NCBI GenBank assembly: GCA_963666985.2 | Contig: CAXXIA010000002.1 | Coordinates: 1,472,001-1,536,000 of the forward strand | Direction of reading: 5' to 3' | Source: Spirochaetia bacterium | GTDB lineage: Bacteria; Spirochaetota; Spirochaetia; DSM-2461 | Length of the DNA: 64,000 nt | Part shown: one piece after another, positions 56,337 through 64,000 of the stretch | Layout of the letters: every line of letters starts with the position of its first letter | How positions within the stretch are numbered: the first letter of the stretch is position 1 | Position numbers and translations under genes: made by a program | Notes under the pieces: model-generated | Told to the model about the DNA's origin: nothing | The model's database searches: none | Seen by the model: only the letters and a program-made list of their open reading frames with translations

Positions 56337-57515
56337 TTACTCCAGCCGCTTTCGAAACCTTAACAGACTGATACTGAAAATAATTATTCCCAAAATGAGA
56401 AGAGCCGCACCCTCATCCCAGAGTTCCGCGACTCCGGCCCCTTTCAGGTAAATACCCCGCACGATGGTGAAGTAATAGCGCAGCGGCAGAGCATAGGTTA
56501 AGGCGCGAATCGGCGCCGGCATGTTTTCCACCGGAAAAACGAATCCCGAGAGGATAATCATCGGCATCATTACGAAAAAAACCGATGCCATCATGGCCTG
56601 CTGCTGATTCTCCGAAAAAGTCGAAATCAAAAGTCCCAAACCCAGCGAGGAAAACAGAAAAACCAACGAAAACGCGAACAGCAGAAAAAACGATCCGGCG
56701 ATATCAAGTCCGAAAATAACCCGTGAGGCGCCGATTATCAAAAGAATGTCCAGAACACCTATGGCGATGAAAGGCAGCAGTTTTCCCAGAAGAATGTCGC
56801 GGGTTCCCAGAGGGGTTACGATAAGCTGCTCCATGGTGCCGATTTCCTTTTCCTTCACAACGGCCAGGGAGGTGAGCATCATGGTCATCACCATCAGCAC
56901 GAGGGCCAGCAATCCCGGAACCATGAAATCGCGGCTTTTCAGGGCCGGATTGAAGAATATGCGGGTTCGGATATCGATCGACGGAATCGAAAATCCCGAC
57001 GCGGTTATCCCGGAAGTTCCCCCGGAGCCGACGGACCCCGCGCCGGATGCCGCCGCGGCGGTCCCGCTCCCGCCGGCCGTCCCGTACTCCGAGGCATACC
57101 GGCTGATAATCCGCTCCGCGTATCCGGTGGCCACCACGGCCGTCGTCGAATCCGAACCGTCCGCGAAATACGCTATCTCCGGAGTTCTTCCGGCCTCCAG
57201 ATTCCGCCCGAATCCATCGGGGATTACCAGAGCGGCCGAGCCGCCGGCCCGCTCCATGCCCTCTTCAATGCTCTCGGAACCGTCAATATAACCGGCATTC
57301 AAAAAGAAACCCGACGAAAAAAACTCGGCCGTCAGCTCCCGGCTTCGAACCGTCCGGTCGAGATCGCAGACAACAACCGGAACATCCTTCGGTTCCAAAA
57401 CCGCGGCGTATCCGAGCAGAAGCAGCTGAACAACCGGTGCCAAAAGGACCATGGGAAGCATCCGCTTATCCCGCTTGAGCTGGCGGAACTCCTTTTTCAC
57501 CATCAAACCGATCAT
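56337..57515 (-). CDS. ABC-2 efflux permease (YbhR-like)
   Basis: KEFRQLKRD, FNPAL, KEKEIGTMEQL, LSGFVFPVENMP; ATGA overlap. Confidence 0.9.
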   Translation of the reverse strand: MIGLMVKKEFRQLKRDKRMLPMVLLAPVVQLLLLGYAAVLEPKDVPVVVCDLDRTVRSRELTAEFFSSGFFLNAGYIDGSESIEEGMERAGGSAALVIPDGFGRNLEAGRTPEIAYFADGSDSTTAVVATGYAERIISRYASEYGTAGGSGTAAAASGAGSVGSGGTSGITASGFSIPSIDIRTRIFFNPALKSRDFMVPGLLALVLMVMTMMLTSLAVVKEKEIGTMEQLIVTPLGTRDILLGKLLPFIAIGVLDILLIIGASRVIFGLDIAGSFFLLFAFSLVFLFSSLGLGLLISTFSENQQQAMMASVFFVMMPMIILSGFVFPVENMPAPIRALTYALPLRYYFTIVRGIYLKGAGVAELWDEGAALLILGIIIFSISLLRFRKRLE

Positions 57516-58684
57516 CGGAGCCTCCTGTTCCTGCGCGTCTTTCCGCGCCCGCCCCCGGCCAATCTGAGTCCGCTCACCCCCAGCATCACCGCAGAAAACA
57601 CCGCCAAGGCAAGCGCCTGCGGCCAAATGGAGCGCAGTCCCGCGCCGCGGAGAATCAAAGCCCTCTCGGCTTCCAGGAAATACCTCGCCGGAAAGATATA
57701 AGTAATCCCCTGAACAACAGGCGGCATATTCCGGATGGGAAACACGAAACCCGAAAGGATAAAGGTCGGCAGAACGGTCACGATCACCGAAAGAAGAAAC
57801 GCCGTCTGCTGCGTGTCGGCCAGCGTGGAAAGAAGCAGCCCGAGCCCCAGACAGCTGAGCAGAAACAGTGTCGTTACACAGAGAAGAAGCACATAGCTTC
57901 CCTTAATCTCCACCCCGAAAAAGAAACGCCCCGCGGCCAGAATCAGCATGGTTTCCCCCAGAGCCAGAACCATGTAGGGCACCGTCTTGCCCAGGATGAG
58001 CGAGAGAGGCCGAAGCGGAGAGGCCTCAAGCATCTCCATGGTTCCCCGCTCCTTCTCGCGGACCACCGACATCGCGGTGGAGATAACCGCCGTTATCACC
58101 ATGATGAACGACACAAGTCCCGGAACCAGGAAAACCGTGCTCCGAAGCTCCGGGTTGTACCAAGTGCGGGAGCGGACATCAATCGTTGATTGAATGCTGT
58201 CCGGATCAACTGATCCCGGCAGCGGAATTCGGCGTTCGAAAATCCTCCTTACAGCGAGTTTCGAGAGCGCCGCCTCGATATACCCTTGCGCCGTCGAGGC
58301 CACCGTTACATTCGAACCGTCGATCAGAATCTGAACCTCAGGTGTCTCTCCCGCCGTTAAATCCCTGCCGAATCCCGGCGGCAGAACAACAACCGCGTCG
58401 ACCGTTCCGTCCACCAGCGCCTCTTCCGCACCGCTCGCCGAAAACGAGACTTCCGCCCGTTCGAACACATCGCCGCTGCCGAACATTTCCAGCACTCGGC
58501 GGCTCTCCGGACTCCCGTCTCCGTCAACCACGGCGATGCCGACCGTCTCCACATCAAGACTGATGGCGAATCCGAATAAAACCAGAAGCAGCAGCGGCAC
58601 CACCAGAAGAATCCCCAGCGTCCTCGGATCGCGGATAATCTGCCGGAATTCCTTGCGGATCATGGCCGCCAGTTCAACCTTCAT
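57512..58684 (-). CDS. ABC-2 efflux permease (YbhS-like)
   Basis: KEFRQIIRDPR, WYNPEL, REKERGTME, LSGFVFPIRNMP. Confidence 0.9.
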   Translation of the reverse strand: MKVELAAMIRKEFRQIIRDPRTLGILLVVPLLLLVLFGFAISLDVETVGIAVVDGDGSPESRRVLEMFGSGDVFERAEVSFSASGAEEALVDGTVDAVVVLPPGFGRDLTAGETPEVQILIDGSNVTVASTAQGYIEAALSKLAVRRIFERRIPLPGSVDPDSIQSTIDVRSRTWYNPELRSTVFLVPGLVSFIMVITAVISTAMSVVREKERGTMEMLEASPLRPLSLILGKTVPYMVLALGETMLILAAGRFFFGVEIKGSYVLLLCVTTLFLLSCLGLGLLLSTLADTQQTAFLLSVIVTVLPTFILSGFVFPIRNMPPVVQGITYIFPARYFLEAERALILRGAGLRSIWPQALALAVFSAVMLGVSGLRLAGGGRGKTRRNRRLR

Positions 58685-59684
58685 GCCGCCCCTCCCGGCC
58701 TTCGGCCCTCTCGCCCCCTTCGGCCCGATGGTCTTCGGCCACCGCGTTTTCCGCCCTGTCTATAACCCTTAAAAACACATCTTCAAGAGACGGAACAATC
58801 GCCTCCACATCCGGCTTACCGATCCCTTCCTCGCCGGCCAGCCTCATCACCCGTTCCTTCGCCTCGGCCTCGCCAACCCCGGCGGCCGTCTGAACATGCA
58901 CGGCATCCCCGAACAAGGCGGTTTCCGCCACCCACGTCTCGCCCGCGAAACGCTTCTCCAGAACCATAACGCCGGGGCCGGAGATTTCCAGTACCGCGCC
59001 GTCCACCACACCGCTCTTCAATTCACCCGGACTCCCCTCGGCCGCGATCCGCCCGTCATGCATCAAAACAATCCGGTCGCAGTATTCGGCCTCATCCAGA
59101 TAATGCGTGGTAATCACGACGGTCGTTCCCCTGCGGGCGGCCGCGTGAATCAAATCCCAGAACATGCGGCGCGAAGAAGGATCCACCCCCGCCGTGGGCT
59201 CGTCCAGAAACAAAACCGCCGGATCGTGGGAAACCGCGCAGGCCAAGGCCAGCCGCTGGGCGATTCCCCCGGGCAGTTCCCCGGCCAAAATCCCCTCCAT
59301 GCCTTCCAGACCAACCTCTCCGAAAGCCTTTTTCCGGGAAGAGGCCGTCGCTGCGGCCGCCGAACCGTACAAGCCCCCGAAAAACTCCAGGTTTTCATCC
59401 GCCGTCAAATCGCGGTAAAGACTGAAGCGCTGGGACATGTACCCAATCCGCTTTTTCGCCTCTTCGGGCCGTGCCGTTACGTCAATCCCCGCCAGACGGA
59501 CCGTACCGGATGTTGCGGCCAAAAGACCGCAGAGAATTCGGATCGTCGTGGTCTTTCCGGCGCCGTTGGCTCCCAGAAGCCCGAAAATACTTCCCCTCTC
59601 CACGGAAAACCCGATATCGTTTACCGCGGTGAATCGTCCGAACGTCTTTATGAGGCCGCGGACCTCGACGGCGGATTCAGTCAT
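58674..59684 (-). CDS. ABC transporter ATP-binding protein (YbhF C-half-like)
   Basis: GANGAGKTT, YMSQRFSLY, DEPTAGVDP, TTHYLDEAE; start MTESAV by ATGA overlap. Confidence 0.9.
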   Translation of the reverse strand: MTESAVEVRGLIKTFGRFTAVNDIGFSVERGSIFGLLGANGAGKTTTIRILCGLLAATSGTVRLAGIDVTARPEEAKKRIGYMSQRFSLYRDLTADENLEFFGGLYGSAAAATASSRKKAFGEVGLEGMEGILAGELPGGIAQRLALACAVSHDPAVLFLDEPTAGVDPSSRRMFWDLIHAAARRGTTVVITTHYLDEAEYCDRIVLMHDGRIAAEGSPGELKSGVVDGAVLEISGPGVMVLEKRFAGETWVAETALFGDAVHVQTAAGVGEAEAKERVMRLAGEEGIGKPDVEAIVPSLEDVFLRVIDRAENAVAEDHRAEGGERAEGREGRHEG

Positions 59685-60670
59685 GGGAAACCTCCTCCGA
59701 TATCCGCGATTCCGCCAGCCGCGCATCCTCCCTGAGAAATCAGCGATAAAAAGACATTCTCCAGCCCCGCTCCGACCGTTCCGCTGTGCGTCACCTTCAA
59801 ACCGCCTTCCACAAGAAGAGCAACGACATCTTCCGGCTCGGGCCCATCCTTCGGTACCGCCAGATGAACCCGGTCGCCGAAGGCCTGGGCCTCCCACTCG
59901 GGCCGGCTCCCGGCCAAAAGAGCCGCGGCGTCCCGATTTCTGTCGCAGAAGAACTCAAAGATCCGCTTATCCCAGCCGCGGCGAATCTCGCCGGGAACAC
60001 CGGAAAGAATCAGCCGCCCTTCATAAAGAATCGCCACCCGGTCGGCCCGTTCGGCCTCGTCCATGTACGGCGTACTCATCATAAGGGTAATCCCCGCCCG
60101 CCCGAGGCCGCGAAGGAGCCGCCAGAACTCGCGCCGCGACACCGGATCCACGCCGTTGGTAGGCTCATCGAGAAGAATAATTTCCGGATCGTGCACCAGG
60201 GTACAGGCCAGCGCCAATTTCTGACGCATCCCCCCCGAAAGCTTATCCGCGGGACGACCGCGAAACGGAGTCAGTCCCGTCATCTCCAACAGCTCCTCCC
60301 GCCGCGTTCGATAATCCCGCATACCGAAAATCTCGGCAGAAAAAGCAATGTTTTCGTCGATGCTCAAATCGCCGTAAAGACTGAACCGCTGGCTTAAGTA
60401 CCCGATGCGCCGCCGGAACCCGCCGTTCCTTCCTGAAGGATCTTCCCCGAAGACGCGGACGCGGCCGGAATCGGGCCGTATCAAGCCGCAGGCGGTCCGA
60501 AGCAGCGTACTCTTCCCCGCGCCGTCCGGACCCACCAGGGCGAAAATACCCGCTTTGGGCACCTTCAGGTCGATGCCGTTCAGCGCCGGGCGGCCTTTAT
60601 AGTCCTTACGCACGCCTTCAAAGACAACGGCATCCGGTGAATCTAAAGACGAATTTTGAGGCAAAGCCAT
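59681..60670 (-). CDS. ABC transporter ATP-binding protein (YbhF N-half-like)
   Basis: GPDGAGKS, LSGGMRQKL, DEPTNGVDP, STPYMDEAE. Confidence 0.9.
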   Translation of the reverse strand: MALPQNSSLDSPDAVVFEGVRKDYKGRPALNGIDLKVPKAGIFALVGPDGAGKSTLLRTACGLIRPDSGRVRVFGEDPSGRNGGFRRRIGYLSQRFSLYGDLSIDENIAFSAEIFGMRDYRTRREELLEMTGLTPFRGRPADKLSGGMRQKLALACTLVHDPEIILLDEPTNGVDPVSRREFWRLLRGLGRAGITLMMSTPYMDEAERADRVAILYEGRLILSGVPGEIRRGWDKRIFEFFCDRNRDAAALLAGSRPEWEAQAFGDRVHLAVPKDGPEPEDVVALLVEGGLKVTHSGTVGAGLENVFLSLISQGGCAAGGIADIGGGFP

Positions 60671-60719
60671 AAATCAATTCCCCTCGAAGACAACGGCATT
60701 TTGCGCGTTCACGACTCAA

Positions 60720-61700
60720 TCACTCATCCCCGGCGGACCGAAACACAACATCGGCGGGCATGCCCGGCTTCAGAACCCCGTCCGGATTCTCCACATCGAT
60801 GCGCACGGCGAACACCTGTTTCGCCCGCTCCTCGTCGGTCTGAACATTCTTCGGCGTAAACTCGGCTTCCGGCGAAATCCACGTTACGCGGCCGATAACG
60901 GTTTCCGCATCCCCGTCCATGGTTACCTCCGCCTCCTGACCAAGCATAATTTCGGCAAGCCGGGGCTCGGGAACATAAACCGTCAGCCGAAGATTCTCCA
61001 AATCGGCAATAACGAACACCGTCGATCCCGGAGAGGCCCATTCCCCTTTTTCCATCATGCGGTAAATCACGGTTCCGCCGATCGGCGAAACGATTCGGGC
61101 ATCGGCCAGAGACTCCTGTGCCAGGGCCAGAACCGCCTCGGCCTGCTCCAGCGCCGCGCGGGCCTGAACAACCTCCGGTTCCCGGGCCCCGCTCTCCAGC
61201 TTCGCCAATGCGCTCGCCGCCTGGGAACGGGCTCCCCGGGCCAGCACCTCGGCCGATTCGGCCCTGTCCATCTGCTGCTGGGAAACCGAACCGGTGCCCA
61301 TCAGGGCCCGAAGGCGATCCGCCTCCTCCGAAGCGATGCGCAGGTTTTCTTCCGCCGACTTGAGAGCCTGCCGCGCGGAATCCAAATCCTCGCGCCGAGC
61401 GCCCTCCAGCACCAAATCCAAACCCGCCTCGGCGATATCCCGGGCGGCCGCCGCCTGATCCCTCTGATGACGGAGAGACGCATCGTCCAGAATCACGAGC
61501 ACATCCCCGGCCTCGACACGTTCGCCCTCCCGAACCGGCACGTCCAGGGCAACACCGGCGCCGCGGGCCGGAACCCGAATCTCAACGGCCTCCAAAGTTC
61601 CCGTGGCCTCAAGAGGAGCATTCCCGCCGCCGCAGGAGATCAAACTCAGCCAGGCAAAAGCGTAGTACGCGAGAGCCGGCATCTTTCCAGCCGCTTTCAT
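60720..61700 (-). CDS. HlyD-family membrane fusion protein (YbhG-like), probable lipoprotein
   Basis: LISC lipobox, GTLEA, lipoyl half-motifs, AEFTPKNVQT, LKPGMPA; ATGA overlap with tetR. Confidence 0.9.
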   Translation of the reverse strand: MKAAGKMPALAYYAFAWLSLISCGGGNAPLEATGTLEAVEIRVPARGAGVALDVPVREGERVEAGDVLVILDDASLRHQRDQAAAARDIAEAGLDLVLEGARREDLDSARQALKSAEENLRIASEEADRLRALMGTGSVSQQQMDRAESAEVLARGARSQAASALAKLESGAREPEVVQARAALEQAEAVLALAQESLADARIVSPIGGTVIYRMMEKGEWASPGSTVFVIADLENLRLTVYVPEPRLAEIMLGQEAEVTMDGDAETVIGRVTWISPEAEFTPKNVQTDEERAKQVFAVRIDVENPDGVLKPGMPADVVFRSAGDE

Positions 61701-62305
61701 TTCCGATCCTCCCCGCCCTTCTTCTTCCCCCGTTCGCTCAATACGCCGTCGAAGAAAATCTTCAGCATGCAGTCCACCAGATCCTTGGGAGTCATGTTCA
61801 TGTCCACCACCGTCTGCGGAGTAATCATCGCATCGACCGTTTTGAGAAAATACGCCGCGATGAAATCCGTAGGGATGTCGCCGCGGACCTGCCCCTCGCG
61901 CCGCCCTTCCTCGAGAAGAATCAGCATCCTCTTCATCATGCCCAAACGCCGCCGGCGAATCGCTTCCCACACATCCAGAGTCTGCTTTATCAAATCCCGA
62001 ACCCCCTTGCTCCCGATCTGAACAAGAACCTTCGTAACCACCCGGATAAGCCCGTCCACCTTCTCCCGAAAATCCAGATTCGGATCTTCGAGAATGGCCC
62101 GCTGCTTCCTCTCCACACCGTCGATCCTCCGGTTCACCACCATAAGAATCAAATCGCTCTTCGAGGGAACAAGTCTGTAGAGGGTCTTTTTGCTCACTCC
62201 CGCATCCGAGGCAACATCGTCCATCGTCAGCGTCACCAGCCCCTCGGAAAAAATTCGCTCCTCGGTTCGGTCCAGAATCCGACCTTTGACCTTCTCTTCG
62301 TCCAT
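61697..62305 (-). CDS. TetR/AcrR family regulator
   Basis: TMDDVASDAGVSKKTLY..SK.DL HTH. Confidence 0.92.
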   Translation of the reverse strand: MDEEKVKGRILDRTEERIFSEGLVTLTMDDVASDAGVSKKTLYRLVPSKSDLILMVVNRRIDGVERKQRAILEDPNLDFREKVDGLIRVVTKVLVQIGSKGVRDLIKQTLDVWEAIRRRRLGMMKRMLILLEEGRREGQVRGDIPTDFIAAYFLKTVDAMITPQTVVDMNMTPKDLVDCMLKIFFDGVLSERGKKKGGEDRK

Positions 62306-62314
62306 GAGATACCT

Positions 62315-62356
62315 CTACTTTGGAAACTATCTTCGTTTCCATAGTTTCCAAAGTAG
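62315..62356. promoter_or_regulatory. perfect inverted repeat, candidate TetR operator
   Basis: CTACTTTGGAAACTAT-10 nt-ATAGTTTCCAAAGTAG, 9 nt upstream of the tetR ATG. Confidence 0.75.
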
Positions 62357-62370
62357 CGGGATTATCCGAA

Positions 62371-62541
62371 GAAAACAAGCCTCCGGCGAACTTTTATGAA
62401 AAAGAGGAAAAATTTGTCCGTGATTTCTTGGGGCGGCCCGGCGCTTATCGCGCCGTCGCTCTCTCCAGGGCTCCGCTTCGCTTCGGCCTTTCCGGGCCGA
62501 GCCCGAAAAGGCTGCTTCGCACCCTTCCCGCCGCTGCCGCG
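62371..62541. repeat. dispersed palindromic repeat, copy 2
   Basis: Same orientation as the copy at 56163-56324; 44/50 core identity. Confidence 0.8.
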
Positions 62542-62564
62542 TTTTTCAGGCAAATAAACGGCTT

Positions 62565-63044
62565 TTACCGGGAATACGCACCCCGCAAAGGCACGGACCG
62601 CAGCGAAGGCATGGCCTTGGGAATGGGCGGCAGATGCTCTTCCAGTTTGTCCACCAAAGCCGAAAGGCGGTTCAAATTCAGCGGAAGCGTATACACCGCC
62701 AGCCGCCGATAAAGCTGCTCGTAGGAACCCTGCTTAAACCCGGAAGCGGCCAGAGGAGAAACCCCGGCATAGCGTCCGGCGTCCGGCAGGATATTCCTCC
62801 GGACAAGGCGCACGTACTGCTTGAGAGCCGAAAGCCCTCTGTGAAGAACCGGCAAATCCCAAACCGTAGGAGAAGTCAAATTCAGCGCATGGCGGATATC
62901 CTGAAGCTCCGAAGCTTCCATTCGGACGTCTCCCAGGGTCGTGGTGAACCACGACCGGTCGAACTGTTCCCGGTAAAGTTCCCTGATTTCGGAAAGAATT
63001 TCGTCTACAACCGCCGGCAAGGCATGGATAGTGGTACTCATCAT
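62565..63044 (-). CDS. hypothetical all-helical protein
   Basis: 159-aa ORF with natural composition that fills the gap between tetR and araC; no motif recognised. Confidence 0.7.
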   Translation of the reverse strand: MMSTTIHALPAVVDEILSEIRELYREQFDRSWFTTTLGDVRMEASELQDIRHALNLTSPTVWDLPVLHRGLSALKQYVRLVRRNILPDAGRYAGVSPLAASGFKQGSYEQLYRRLAVYTLPLNLNRLSALVDKLEEHLPPIPKAMPSLRSVPLRGAYSR

Positions 63045-63049
63045 TATCC

Positions 63050-63076
63050 TTATCGGCGTAAAAAAAACCGGGTTGA
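63050..63076 (-). promoter_or_regulatory. sigma-28-type promoter
   Basis: TCAA-N15-GCCGATAA (perfect -10 octamer); the spacer contains T8. Confidence 0.7.
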
Positions 63077-63088
63077 GCGGAATCGGCT

Positions 63089-64000
63089 TTATGCGTTCTT
63101 CCGATACTCCGACGGATGGAATCCGGTATAACGGCGGAACTGTTTCGAAAAATAGCGGGAATTGGAATAACCGGTCAAATCGGCAATCTCCCGAACGGAT
63201 AAATCCGGTCTGTCGAAAAGAAGTTCCTTGGCTTTCTGAATTCTTTTTTCCGTCAGATATCGAACAAAGGTCGTGCCCGTTCGATTCTTAAAAAGACTGC
63301 TGATATAGTTCGGAGTCAGTCCGAAATAATCCGCGGCGGTATTCACGCCGATGTTCTCGGGATAGTGCTTATTAACATACATTCGGATTCGATCGGCCGT
63401 ATCCGGTCCGTGCGGATCCCGGCGAAGATTTTTCGCGATTTCTTCCAGTTTCCGCGCCAAGGCCGCCGCGTCGACGGCGGATTCCAAGTCCCCTCTCCGC
63501 TCTTTCATCCGAAAGGCGAAATAGCCGCGTATCGCGGGAAAGGCCAGGGCTCCGTCTTTCGCCGGAAGATCGGCGAAGCGGCTGAAAAAATACTTTAAGG
63601 CTTTTTCATCGGGTAAAGACAGATCCCTGCCGAAACCGTCTATGATTCTTCCGGCGGCGGCCCCAAGCTCCATCATAATCTCTTCATCCGAAAAGGATGT
63701 TTTACAAGGGATTTCGCGATTCAGACCAACCGTGCACCGAAGCCATGAGCGCCGATTAACCCTTCGATAAGCTTTTAGAAAACCTTCGGAGGGAACAAAT
63801 CCGGAACAGGAAAGACTCCATCCGACAGCCCCGTTATCGTGCAGAAACTTCTGCAGAAGAAACCGGAGTATGCGGACGGCGGCCTTGTCGCGGGATTCCG
63901 TCGCTTCCTGCCGGGTTACTTCACACATCGTCAGAATGGCCGCCGACCCCAAAGGAACGGCGATAACGCGATAACCCTGCCGCCTGAAAACGCCAAGCTC
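63089..64000 (-). CDS. AraC-family regulator (5' end outside the window)
   Basis: LTPNYISSLFK, RIQKAKELL, EIADLTGYSNSRYFSKQFRRYTGFHPSEYR; frame open to the window edge. Confidence 0.88.
   Translation of the reverse strand, partial: ELGVFRRQGYRVIAVPLGSAAILTMCEVTRQEATESRDKAAVRILRFLLQKFLHDNGAVGWSLSCSGFVPSEGFLKAYRRVNRRSWLRCTVGLNREIPCKTSFSDEEIMMELGAAAGRIIDGFGRDLSLPDEKALKYFFSRFADLPAKDGALAFPAIRGYFAFRMKERRGDLESAVDAAALARKLEEIAKNLRRDPHGPDTADRIRMYVNKHYPENIGVNTAADYFGLTPNYISSLFKNRTGTTFVRYLTEKRIQKAKELLFDRPDLSVREIADLTGYSNSRYFSKQFRRYTGFHPSEYRKNA

Noticed and set aside
60720..62378. 552-aa ORF suggesting a TetR-overlapping fusion or frameshift
   Set aside because: The HlyD protein starts at 61700 via an ATGA overlap with a lipoprotein signal; the upstream part is an alternative frame of tetR

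Overview
GC-rich bacterial chromosomal window with about 55 CDSs. It is most likely from a spirochaete (Spirochaetia), inferred from the DUF3996-like outer-membrane protein, the small membrane gene coupled to lspA, the HATPase-like/HDOD fusion and sigma-28 promoters. Core and metabolic genes include an Eis-like acetyltransferase, an ornithine-cyclodeaminase-like protein, a Mo-hydroxylase, an Lrp-DUF917-hydantoinase-NCS1 operon, polB, a deoxynucleoside kinase, an amino-acid ABC transporter, lspA, a Lon-like protease, flgM, rsmI, a PerR-like regulator, a chromate transporter pair, GH3, MATE, a diguanylate cyclase and a TetR-HlyD-ABC efflux operon. Accessory DNA comprises a lower-GC type I R-M locus (hsdM-hsdS-rhuM-hsdR) and an IS1182 nested in a ~150-bp MITE-like element. 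I recognised no rRNA, tRNA or CRISPR array. The most notable unannotated signals are: a leader-peptide attenuator in front of an ABC-F gene; a rod-shaped 5' leader RNA before the deoxynucleoside kinase; a sigma-28, apparently leaderless orphan gene with a poly-T tract in its promoter spacer; a ~165-bp direct repeat bracketing the efflux operon; many apparently leaderless genes; a 14-bp tandem repeat; and in-frame low-complexity insertions in several enzymes. All family calls come from motif recognition by eye, with no database searches. I found no single clear-cut novel multi-gene system, and the findings are hypotheses.
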